A stretch of DNA of 55,603 nt, filler included, from Sphacelaria rigidula (taxonomy: Eukaryota): the NCBI GenBank assembly GCA_964200075.2. It is 6 parts of 6 records of this genome, joined end to end, with 100 filler letters (N's around TTAATTAATTAA, not from the genome) between each part and the next. Parts side by side here need not be neighbours in the genome. Positions count along the whole stretch, not along the records: positions 9,287 to 18,471 come from CAXNAA020009102.1; positions 18,572 to 27,755 come from CAXNAA020009103.1; 4 more parts are not named here. One strand, written 5' to 3'. Each line of letters starts with the position of its first letter. Positions within the stretch are counted from its first letter, which is position 1. The position numbers and the translations under genes are program-made. The notes beneath the pieces are model-generated. The model saw nothing but the letters and a program-made list of their open reading frames with translations, had not been told where the DNA came from and did no database searches. Below are positions 12,130 to 22,460 of this stretch, in pieces.

Positions 12130-12565
12130 CAGTGTCAAATAGAAGTGTAGGATGACCGATACCTGTAGGATGAGAATCTGAAAATTAAGAATCGCCGTAT
12201 CTCCCGAAAAACAAAACGAAGTCCACCCATTTTTCTCCGGTACGTTTGTGGCATCAACTATGAGCACGTCACGAGAAGTTAGGAAGATGTGCTTGATTCT
12301 CAGGGTCCTAGAGCCAAAACCATATTTCCGGCATTTCCGTGCAAACGCGTGTGGGTGAAAATGTCGAAAAAATGTTTTTTGCTCTAGAACCGTCAACATT
12401 CCGTGAAAATCCTCGAATTTTTGTGACCCGCTCGTAGTTTGTACCCCAAACGTACCCGAGAAAAATTGGTGCACTTCGTTTTGTTTTGCGGAAGATATGG
12501 CGATTTTTAATTTTCAGAATCTCATCCTACAGATATCGGTTATCCTACACTTCTCTTTCACACTG
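12130..12565. mobile_element. Foldback MITE with ~140-bp TIRs (CAGTG...CACTG, Tc1/mariner-like) in OXP1 intron
   Basis: CAGTGTCAAATAGAAGTGTAGGATGACCGATA... is inverted to ...TATCGGTTATCCTACACTTCTCTTTCACACTG. The right flank is TA. Confidence 0.8.
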
Positions 12566-13075
12566 TAAATTGCTGTACGGCCGAGTTATGCCGCGATTGC
12601 AGCCCCCTCCCCCCCCCCAAAAAGAACAGCCTCGAAATTGTTACGACGAAAATGGCCATACAGCGCATGGTCGCTGGTTTCCTGACTGCATGAAGTGCCT
12701 CATATGGGCAACATTGGCGAAATAGATTCCAAGCATGGGAGTTGTTAGCTGCTCTGTATGCTCGACTCTTGTCATTTTGATTCGCTTGTAGATCTTGTCT
12801 TCTCAAACCAGCCACTCTCCTGGGGGGGGTTGTTGCGGCATAAGTCGGCCACACATGAGAAGTCTACCCTGCTTGCAACGATAGCGGTATGTACGGTTCT
12901 CTGATGTATTGCTTGCAGTATATATACACTATGTACGTATGTAGAACTGCTGCGTGAAAGTGAGGGTGTCGAGGCGTACTATTGGTCTCTGTTTTTGAAG
13001 GGCCCAAAGCTTCCACTGCATGGTTGATGATGCTGAACGCCAGAGGGATCTTCTTGTATTGTTCCATACCTTGGA

Positions 13076-13228
13076 CAACATATGGTCGATAGTTGCAATA
13101 GACAAAAAAAATGTATTGCTTGAATTATATGCCTAGCAACTGTTGTCGGACGACAATAGTTGCAAGAGGCCTATACTGTACGCAGTACATTTTTTGTCTA
13201 TTGCGACTATAACATTGACCATATATTG
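13076..13228 (+). other. ~150-nt intronic hairpin (miRNA-precursor-like or tiny palindromic MITE)
   Basis: ATAGTTGCAATAGACAAAAAAAATGTATTGC pairs with GCAGTACATTTTTTGTCTATTGCGACTAT; inner stem GCAACTGTTGTCG/CGACAATAGTTGC. Confidence 0.6.
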
Positions 13229-13726
13229 CCCACGGTATGTATCGTTCGCACTTGGAGTTTACTCCTTGTAATGTCCTCTCTTCCTGTGTCTCTCTCTGTC
13301 TCTCTGTCTCTCTTGCCCCCCCCCCCGCCTCGAGTTTTCTTCAGCTACTTCGATGTTTTCGTTTTTTGCACGTCTTAGGCACGTCTATACTGTACTGTAA
13401 CTGTAATCCCGGGTGGGTTTCTAGGGTATCAGGTAGGGTGCGACAATCGGTCGATCAACCAATCCAATCCCTCGGGTGACCTGTGTGCCCCGTCCCCGCC
13501 CGTCCCCGTCCACCCGTTTTCTATGGAATTACTTGGAGCTATGAAGCCGACAAGGGGTTTCTAGAGATAACCGTTTGTTTTCGCGTACCAGGGATTAGGG
13601 GGTATTTGTAACATCTTTTGTTGCTTGTCTTCACGGGGCGTGTCTTTTTGTGTGCATTCAATAACGGTGGAAACCAGATGATCCCTCGTTGCTGCTGCTG
13701 CTGCTGCTGCTACTGCTATAAAGTAG

Positions 13727-13943
13727 AACTTCGACGACGTGAAGACACTCTTCATGCAGAGCGACGGGGGACTCACCCCCGTCACCAGCTTCCGCGGAAG
13801 CCGGGCTATCCTCTCCGGTCCGGCTGGCGGTGTGGTGGGGTACGCCGCAACGTCCTACGGCAGCGACAAGGTCGCTAACGGCGGTGGCGACGGAGAGCCA
13901 GCAGCGGCGGTGATTGGGTTTGACATGGGCGGGACGTCGACTG
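13727..13943 (+). CDS. OXP1: 5-oxoprolinase exon C
   Basis: [18 protein letters not shown]...[14 protein letters not shown]...[13 protein letters not shown]; hallmark motifs of the family. Confidence 0.96.
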
Positions 13944-14250
13944 GTGAGATTATTTCTCTTCCTGTTGAGGGACAGGGAGAAAAGGGGGGGAAATCGAGGG
14001 CACCTGGTTCATCGTGTTGTGTGCTTGATGGTGCATGCTGTCCTCGCCGTGCTGTACTGTACTGTACTGTAGTGTTACTTCGTTGTGTTTAAGCGTTGCT
14101 TGCAGGCATGTGAGTATGAGGAGGAGTAGGAAAGGGAGGCGGTAAAAAACATAATTTGGTCTGTGCGGGCATCTTGTTTTCTTGTCGTTGTCGTCGACAT
14201 GTACGATAGGTGTGAGTTACTCACCGTTGGGTTGTTGTCCTGACGTTATC

Positions 14251-14285
<35 letters not shown>

Positions 14286-14527
14286 GAGTGCTGTGGATTT
14301 TTCTTATTTCGTTTCCTACTCTACCCCCCGTCCCTCTACGTTCCTCGGGACATCCCCGCAGTCTCCGGCGACCAATCGACCTTTTCCTTGGTATGTTCCT
14401 GCCTGACAATTCACTCTCGAGCATTGAACCAGCACTCCCCTAGATCCCGGTCTACTTTCGTCTTTATATTTTTGCCTACTGATGCACGTCCTCACGTTAT
14501 CGGACGACTGCAACCGACGAAAAGAAG

Positions 14528-14610
14528 CAGTAGTGTCGGATTCGAACCCACAAACTCCGCCCAAACTGGTCATAAATGTATCAGTTTGACCACCCGGGCG
14601 CGGCGACTGC
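14528..14610 (-). mobile_element. tRNA-derived SINE head / tRNA pseudogene
   Basis: Minus strand GCAGTCGCCGCGCCCGGGTGGTC...GGGTTCGAATCC...CTGC. B box present; cloverleaf degenerate. Confidence 0.45.
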
Positions 14611-14666
14611 CTTTTTATATCTGGTGACACGATTTTTTTATTACCACCCTCATGTCGTTCGCCCAG

Positions 14667-14814
14667 ACGTTTCGCGGTTTGCCGGAACCTACGAGCACGT
14701 GTTCGAGACCGTCACGGCCGGCGTAACGCTGCAGTCGCCTCAGCTTGACATCAACACCGTTGCCGCAGGGGGCGGATCTCGATTGTTCTTCCGCAATGGA
14801 CTATTCGCCGTTGG
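14667..14814 (+). CDS. OXP1: 5-oxoprolinase exon D
   Basis: (D)[49 protein letters not shown]; splice phases are compatible on both sides. Confidence 0.96.
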
Positions 14815-15035
14815 GTGAGAGCCCCCGCTGCTGTTGGAACACGACAAGCGTGTATGTGGTACTTGGTAGTATTATGGTATGTTGAACAGGGGAGAGGTGG
14901 GTTGATCCCTTGAGGCCACGGACTCGCCTCGAGGAAGGGGAGGGGTTCAAAGTGCGACAAATAAAATAATAGTAATAATGTTGTGATAACTGTGGACAAG
15001 AAGCCGATCGCCCCGGTGGCTCAGTTGGTAACTTC

Positions 15036-15240
15036 CAGGGGCAGGTCGAGTAGAGTATACTTGATTGCGGGGTATTTTGAAAGTCGTACTTGAATTACAC
15101 AAATTGGGGGTAAGCTTTCAGGGATCGCTTTCCGGTTATTTTTTGGGTACGACTTCTAACACTTTACCCTAATTTGAGTACCTCAAGTACGTCTTTCAAA
15201 ATACCCCGCAATTGGGTATACTCTGCTCGACCCGCCCTTG
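15036..15240. mobile_element. hAT-type MITE family A (205 bp) inserted in a tRNA-like SINE head
   Basis: TIR CAGGGGCAGGTCGAG.../...CTCGACCCGCCCTTG; degenerate 8-bp TSD GTAACTTC/GTGGCTTC. Second copy at 36431-36634. Confidence 0.85.
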
Positions 15241-16405
15241 GTGGCTTCAAAAACTTCTGACCTCTGGGTCGTGAGTTCTAATCTGGGTGAAGTTACACGA
15301 TCTGGGATTTTTTCCCACACCATGCCCAACAGTGGAGAGCGACTATATCGTGGGTACACACCATTCGACTTCACGGTCGACGAGGGAAAGGGATCATTGA
15401 AGCCCTCTCGCGATGAAAAATGAGGCGAGCGTCGCAGGAGGAAAGTGGACTACTGACATAAGCTTAAAAGGAAGAAACTCCTGTGTTGGCCTTCCTCCTG
15501 TGCGACCCCGGCTGATGCGCCCACATATACCGAAAAGTGTAGATTGGCGTGCAGAAGAGATGAGATGACAACACGTGTACATATCACTCGCGAAGAGTAT
15601 GTTGTCTGACGTGTGCGGTGTCTGCGAGTTAACCTGTGAGGATCCTATTTGGGCGAGTTTTGTGGTCGCCCGCGTTGTCGTGCTCTTGGATAGCCTGCGG
15701 TGTTTTATGCGTACATACTAGTAGGCAGCTACGCGCTGGAGTTGTGTCGTGCTCCACACGATTTTGCGGCCCACTCGATGTAATTGCGCTCTTGGTTTTC
15801 GGGTCGGATAGAAGTCATAATATTTTAAGTGAAAGATGTTTCGAACGAACCATCACATACCAGCATCATTCAGCAAGGGGCATGTTCATATATGTTGCCT
15901 CGAACAAACACGCGGCAATCAAGATACGATTGTCGTCCATAACGTGATTGTGGAGTGGTCGGCCTCTCAAAAACCTTGACAGGGTGGCTCGAATAATCCA
16001 ACTCGAAGGTGATATCGTATTCAGGCAAAAAGAAGCCAAGGGAGGGGGGATATATCGCCGTGTCGAGACATACATAACAACAACGCGTACCGCGCAGTAC
16101 CGTCCACGCATCTTGTTCTAGGCTATAAGCAGACTCGAAATGCAGAGTGATTCGTCAAAAGCCACAGCGGCTCCGGAGGAACCAAGCCCCCTCCCCTTCC
16201 TACGTCACCCTCCTGTCCCACAAGCGGCGTTGTTGTCGTTCTCATGTTTAGCGCGCAAAGGCATTTGCCGTTTCCGTAGGTGGAGCAAACTTGAGGCCAA
16301 CACCACATGAGGAATTCCGTATAACCGCAGCCTACAAAAATCCTCCCTTTCCCCCTCCCCGGACCTTTGCGTTCATCGGCGCGGTGCACAATAATCCCAA
16401 AACAG

Positions 16406-16538
16406 GCCTCAAAGTGCGAGGGCACACCCGGGACCGGTTTGCTACCGTAAATCGGGGTACTTGGCGGTGACCGATGCCAACGTGTTCCTCGGCCGCGTGA
16501 TTCCCAAATATTTCCCGAAGATCTTCGGTCCTGGCGAG
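16406..16538 (+). CDS. OXP1: 5-oxoprolinase exon E
   Basis: (G)[46 protein letters not shown]. Confidence 0.96.
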
Positions 16539-16563
16539 GTAACTCTCAAGGATTTATTGCGTT

Positions 16564-16599
<36 letters not shown>

Positions 16600-16776
16600 T
16601 TGTTGTTGTTGATCGTGCGGTGCGGTTCTGTGCTGTGCTGTATAGTGTAGTGTTCTTCTGGCTACGTAGGTCTTGGTTCCTCGTGCAGCGATCGGGTCGT
16701 CTCGTGTCATGCGCATGCTTGTAGCACCCTCTTGTGTCGTGTGTTGTGTCGTGTAGAATAGTAGCGGAAGTGTAGT

Positions 16777-16858
16777 CGCGCCGCGGTGGTGTAATGGGTA
16801 TGGGTACAACTGCAGCCGGTAGGTCGGAAGAGGACGGGTTCGATACCCGGCGGACGCA
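16777..16858 (+). mobile_element. tRNA(Gly-like)-derived SINE head / pseudogene
   Basis: A box TGGTGTAATGG, B box GGTTCGATACC, then a T-run. The anticodon arm cannot form. Confidence 0.55.
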
Positions 16859-17107
16859 CTTTTCATTTTTTGAATGAAAAGTACCTGATTTCCCTCGCTC
16901 AGACCGTGAGGAATCGAGTTTTGTTAGAAAAGGGTTGATTGAGCGAGAGTCGGCGCGGCGCGGGAGTGCTGATGGTCATGATCTAATCTGCGATGCCAAA
17001 ATGTATGGTGTGAACCGGAGGAGAAAGAGGGCTTGATCGTCCGGAGAGAGGATAGATCATTTCCTGACCATAAAGGCTAGACGTGATTCCTTGAACAGCC
17101 GTAGGAT

Positions 17108-17340
17108 AGGTTTGATTGATTGATTGATTGATTGTCGCACGTCAACTGACCCCCTAGGTAGTCATGATCCAGCCGTGGTCTCATGATAGACGTACGTAAG
17201 AAACACGAAACTTTAACACGCCCTGACGAAAAGCAGGAGCAGGAAGGAAAAAAAAAGTCGAGCAGAACGACATAGCAGACGAAGTCGTAACAAAACAAAA
17301 GTAACGAAAGAGTCAACACAAGCAAAGCACAAAAGGTGCC
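17108..17340 (-). mobile_element. SINE/LINE 3'-end family with (CAAT)n tail
   Basis: (GATT)n followed by GATCCAGCCGTGGTCTCATGATAGACGTAC. Related copies at ~32940-33070, ~35020-35240 and, in the opposite orientation, ~39745-40007. Confidence 0.55.
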
Positions 17341-17602
17341 GCGAAAGTCATCAAGATGAGGAGATTCTCAGGCTGACCCAAGATGAATGGTTCAATCACG
17401 TTTCGTGAAGTCTACCAACTACTACATGAGTCGGACCACACCTACACAGCCGGCATGTGTGTGTGTGTGTGTGTGTATTGATGTGTTTATGTTGGTGTGT
17501 ATATGTCTCGAACCAACCTTGTTTTCGTCATGACCATTGATGTTATTTTCCTGCGATCTCTTGGTGTCTATACTTTCCCCTCCTTCATGTCGCCGCTCGC
17601 AG

Positions 17603-17737
17603 GACGAGGCCTTGGATGAGGAGGGGCCGCGGCGCGCGTTCACTGAGTTGGCTGGACAGGTCAACGACCTCGCTGCTAAGGTTGCTGCCGCTAAGGATCC
17701 CGATGCACCGCCGCCGCCGAGCAAGACAGCCGATGAA
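17603..17737 (+). CDS. OXP1: 5-oxoprolinase exon F (gene continues beyond contig)
   Basis: AG|DEALDEEGPRRAFTELAGQVN...SKTADE|GT; follows FGPGE in phase, as expected for this family. Confidence 0.85.
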
Positions 17738-18471
17738 GTCAGTAACCGTTCTGAAAATATCAACAGTGAGACCCGTATCTTTTTTTTTCTCATTTCTAAC
17801 TCCTTCCCTCTCTCGGGACGAGTCCGTGGTGTCAAGGGATCAGCAGAAATCCCCCCCGTTAGTATATATGCATTAAAGAGAAATATAGAACACGCGGCAG
17901 AAGTATATATATATATATAAAATATATGTATACCTGAAGATTTGATGTTTTGATTGATTTTTCAATTTATTATTGCACATGAACTGATTCGTTTTCTACA
18001 CGAATACAGCCGTGGGCACAAGGTAGTCGTATACTCAAGAGATTCGGTAGATATGTACATGCATGTGTATATGTAATATATACTTGAGTATATATAGAAC
18101 AAACCGCAAAAATGTTAAGAAAAAACGCTTGACTCGCCAACTTTGCGAGTGCCATAATCTTGTCCGGTTGGTCATTCAAACCTTTTCAATATAGGTGGTG
18201 TATTTCTATATACATATACGTGTAGATATGTCGTGCAGCACGCATCAATCGCGAGTAATGTCAACAGGTAAAAAAAAAAAAATAGCAGGAGTAGAGTGTA
18301 TCCAGCTGTACGGCTACGGCCTGACAACGCAGGTTTTGGGGTTGTATGCCTTACTTTTCCCGTCTAATTGTCTCCTCGTCCTTTTTTTTTTTCTCTTTTT
18401 TTTTTTTCTCATCCCTTTACTTTTCTTTTTTTTTTCTTCTCTCTTTCTATTCTTCTTCCTCCTCCGTTTTT

Positions 18472-18571
18472 NNNNNNNNNNNNNNNNNNNNNNNNNNNNN
18501 NNNNNNNNNNNNNNNTTAATTAATTAANNNNNNNNNNNNNNNNNNNNNNNNNNNNNNNNNNNNNNNNNNNN
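18472..18571. other. Artificial contig linker
   Basis: N44-TTAATTAATTAA-N44. Confidence 0.97.
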
Positions 18572-19026
18572 GGGCGGCGCCCCCTCCCGAAAGGGATGCG
18601 GGGGGGGCAAAGCCCAAACGACCAAAAAAAACCAAAAATAAGCACCACCCCCCCCCCCCCCCCCCCCCCCCCCCTGACCAGAAGTGGCTAGTTGGAGGAG
18701 GTAAAACCTACATGCGAATCGGAATGACAAAAGCTGAGCACACCGAGCAGCTGGCATCTCCCGCCCTCGGGATCCTGTCTGCTAATGTCGCACATGTGAG
18801 GCGCTCCATGCGGTCTGAAACCAGCTGCATTGCGCTCTACCGCCATTTTCTTCCTGGACGCTTTGGGGCTGGTTTGGGGGCATCGCGGCATCTCTCTTTA
18901 CTGGATGAGCACCGGAGGAGCACTCCTTCGGGTCGTGATATATACTTCTGTGATTCAGGACGCCAGTTTATGGCCCGTTCAAAACGGGTCGTCCGATGGT
19001 TGTCAACAGTGGCGACCCCCACGCGT

Positions 19027-19330
19027 CTATCGTCGTGCCGAGCGGCCGAAACACAATTTTTCAGGCACTGACTTGGCGCTCAGATTTTCCATGCCTTGGA
19101 CGATCTCATCTACCTCCATGTCCCCCGACTCATCCAACGCAAGAGGAGCTACGTCGGTTGCTGTTTCCGTGCCGTTGCACCCTTTCCCATCATCAGCGAC
19201 TTTCATCTCAAAGTCTACGCCGCATTGTTTGGCACGATGGCCATTCCTTTTGGAACGCCTACGCTGACCTCCGCTTGCAGATACTTCCTTGTGACATTTT
19301 TCATGACGCGTTTCCCTCGTATATGACCGC
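19027..19330 (-). CDS. ZNF511: ZNF511-like protein, last exon
   Basis: The acceptor at 19331-19332 is in phase with the preceding exon. Ends ...MENLSAKSVPEKLCFGRSARR*, resembling the conserved VP..I.FG tail of ZNF511. Confidence 0.75.
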
Positions 19331-19902
19331 CTGCTTTCGATATCGAAGACGTCAAGCACATGGCGGTGGGTGACGGTGTTGGAAAACTGTGCCGGCATCA
19401 CACAACCGCACATATAATTTCGATGAGCGAGGGTATACTACGCTCCACCAGCATCCGCACGTTGTCTAGATAAATTCGAGTTTAGGATTCGATTCACTAC
19501 ATCGTATGCGTCATTCCCGATCAGTTTTTCGAACTTCTCCGCCGAACGGCATGCGAGATATCTGCAGTGAGCATACCCTCTTTCCGTCCGTACAACAGAG
19601 GGACCAAGCCTGGGCGATAGTTTATTCCCCCAGAATACGCGTCTGGTTCTTGCAATAGAGGAACGGACCAAATCGGACATAGTAGCCACACTCTGCCGTG
19701 CAGCATGGAAGCTGGTTTGGGATTGGCGGAAACCCTTGTCGTCACACAAAATCGAGTCCAAGTACATGGAGGGACAATGGCACTGCCCAGTACACAACCC
19801 GAGTTGTTTCGGGCATGCGGCTATGGAGGTCCATCCAGAGCAACGGGTTGAGCTAGTTGCTCAAAGTTGAAAACCTAATTCCATCCCTCATAGAGATCCT
19901 AC

Positions 19903-20150
19903 CTGGAAAAATCGAAACTTTTGGGATAGCGATGAAGCTCCACCAGATGAGCCGCGCGCTCTTTCTTATTCCCACAAACTTGTGCGCAGCCCTCCACGAG
20001 ACACCTGTACATCGGGCGTCGTTCGGCCATCGCCTTGAAAAACGAATCGTGTTCTTCGCTAAGGTGCATGTCGAGGAGCCGGTTCGTCGGAAACGACCGC
20101 CCGCACTCCGCGCAGTGGTTCCGATGCGACGTGTTGTAGTGGGCCTCGTA
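19903..20150 (-). CDS. ZNF511: ZNF511-like C2H2 zinc-finger protein, core exon (not in the ORF track)
   Basis: Manual translation: YEAHYNTSHRNHCAECGRSFPTNRLLDMHLSEEHDSFFKAMAERRPMYRCLVEGCAQVCGNKKERAAHLVELHRYPKSFDFS; bounded by AG/GT. Upstream exons were not identified. Confidence 0.88.
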
Positions 20151-21863
20151 CTACCGACCGGCGTCGAGAACAGGGTGGTGACGATGGCGACAGAGACGTG
20201 AAGGAAACATGGAGCAACCAATGCGTCAGGATTATGTGGAGGGTATAGAAGGTTGCATGCTCAACTGTGGAGAAAAATTACCGACCAAAATAACCCTGAT
20301 GTGTCCATGTTGAAGAAATAGACACACGAAGGATTCACCCATCAAACGCAAAAATCTGCAAGCATACGCTGTTTTCATCACCGGTGTTAGCAATTGTAAC
20401 AGCAACCCGACACTTCGTGAGACAAAGACAGAACGACAAAGCGGTTGTCCAGGACTAGAAAATGATCGACGATGTAAAAAATCATGTGCTTCCAGGACGA
20501 GCTGCATAATATTGTGTGCACAAGGCGAGATCCAAGGGAGAGTACTTCCAACCTGGGACCTACAAGTCCCGAGAAATGGAGAGCTTTGCACAGGGACGGG
20601 GGCATTTCTTAGTTCTTTCATGGGTTACCCAGTTGCTGAACTACTGTTTTGGGGATCAGCCCCGACATCAACCTTCTCTTACCATCGAATTTGGACCTCA
20701 AGCAAGGTCTCATGTCTCTCACCCGCCGACATCTCAAACATGCAAAAAAACAGATACCCTGCAACTGTACCCCTCAATGTTTTTTACACTCTTTAGCAGA
20801 AACTTTCTGGTAGTTCGATTCAATCCTTTGACCTCCAGCCCCCCAGAGGCCGCGCAATACCGCCCCTGGTCAAGGTTGGCTTTGGATCTGTTGTTTTCAA
20901 GTGGCACGACGCGGCAATGTTTCTGGACAGATGGATGTTGAGTGTTTTTTCGGAAATAGTACATGAGGAATCCTGACCGTTTTTTCTGGACAGGCCACGT
21001 GGGCGTATGTTTTGGTATGCCGAGTAGGCTGCACATGTTGCCATGCGTAAGTGGTGCACGCTGGCTACCACTACTGCTGCGGTGTACGCAAGCAACATGA
21101 TCTTCGCCCTGCTTTAGCATCTCCGCAGTTTCAAGGCGCTGTTATCACACCTCCACACCTAGTGTATGTTTCGATATCACGGTACAGCGGCTCAGACAGG
21201 ACATTGTTCAGGTTCCGTGGAGATGGCTGATACACGTCTACGAGAGCTCGGAAATGGTTTGTCTAACCCTTGACCAGTTGAATGGTACATAATGGTTTAG
21301 TCATGGAGCGGCGAAGCCTCGAGCCAAGAAGCTCCCCCGGAGGCTCGTTTTAAGCGATTTGGCTTTACTGGGGCCAAAAAGTACGGTTTTTGGGCTTATA
21401 AAGCTGGTAACGGTAAAAGGTGGTTTGAAACCATTATTCGAAAGTGTCATGCTCGCACAATGGCACGCCGATGTGTAGCAGCCACGCTGGACCAACTGGG
21501 TCTGCGGGATGCGTACGGTGTTGCCCATAATGCATAGAGTCCATATATGAAAAACTACGGCATTTGCTTTGGGCTACAAGTCGCACGACACGATGATCTG
21601 CAGGCATCCCTGGTCGGAAAGTTCGACAAGTTGAACTTTGCCAATTGCACCATTGTCTTCATAAGCTCCAGTACAATCACTGACATGCACTACTGTTATG
21701 GGTCGTAATGGGGGCCGATTTGGGGTACTATATGTCGGGAAAGCCCGCCCCGATCGCTGTATGCAGAAGAGCTGGATCGTAATCGGGCGAATCATATCAA
21801 TCAAGAATACATGCATCACCGCGAAATGACGACCACGCTCATACAAAATGCACGATTATTGTA

Positions 21864-22460
21864 CTTCCTGTCCCATGAGTAAAGTCCGTTATGATCACAC
21901 GGACCCTTCACCGTGTCCAATGCCGTGGGCGATATTGTTTTTGAGATCTTCAGTTTTTTTTGTTGAATTGCATCTTTTTTTTTCCTGTTTGCGCAGCAGC
22001 CAGCGTGCGCGAGTGGTCGATAAACAATAAGTTGGCCCAAAAATGGCCATATTTCGCCCTTTTTCCATTACACAGAGAAGAACCCTGGAAAACGAAAAAT
22101 GGCAGAAATCGCGAAAAACTGTATAGCTGTCTCTTTTTCTCCGGTTCATCGCTGGCATACGATAGTTCAGCCTAGTTCGAAACCACTCGTTTACATTGCA
22201 AACTTTAATTACGTCAAGACAAGCCAGATTTGTCGAAAATCGGCCGACAGAGTACAAATTGGCGAAATTTGGTCGAAATTTGGCCATGTTTGACCCAACG
22301 ATTCTAAGGTTGTAGGTTGATTATTTTGTTCGTGTTTTTTCCAGTGGCCATCTCCACAACTATATATTTTCAACGAACCTGACCATAACATCGTGAGCAC
22401 CTCCGTTGGCGAGGTACAGCCTATCCCCCATAACGGACTTTACTTATGGGACAGAGAAAG
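21864..22460. mobile_element. Stowaway/mariner-like MITE (~600 bp)
   Basis: TA-CTTCCTGTCCCATGAGTAAAGTCCGTTATG ... CATAACGGACTTTACTTATGGGACAGAGAAAG-TA. Confidence 0.7.

Noticed and set aside
16777..16858. Functional tRNA gene
   Set aside because: A and B boxes are present, but the anticodon arm and acceptor stem do not fold properly; treated as SINE head/pseudogene.
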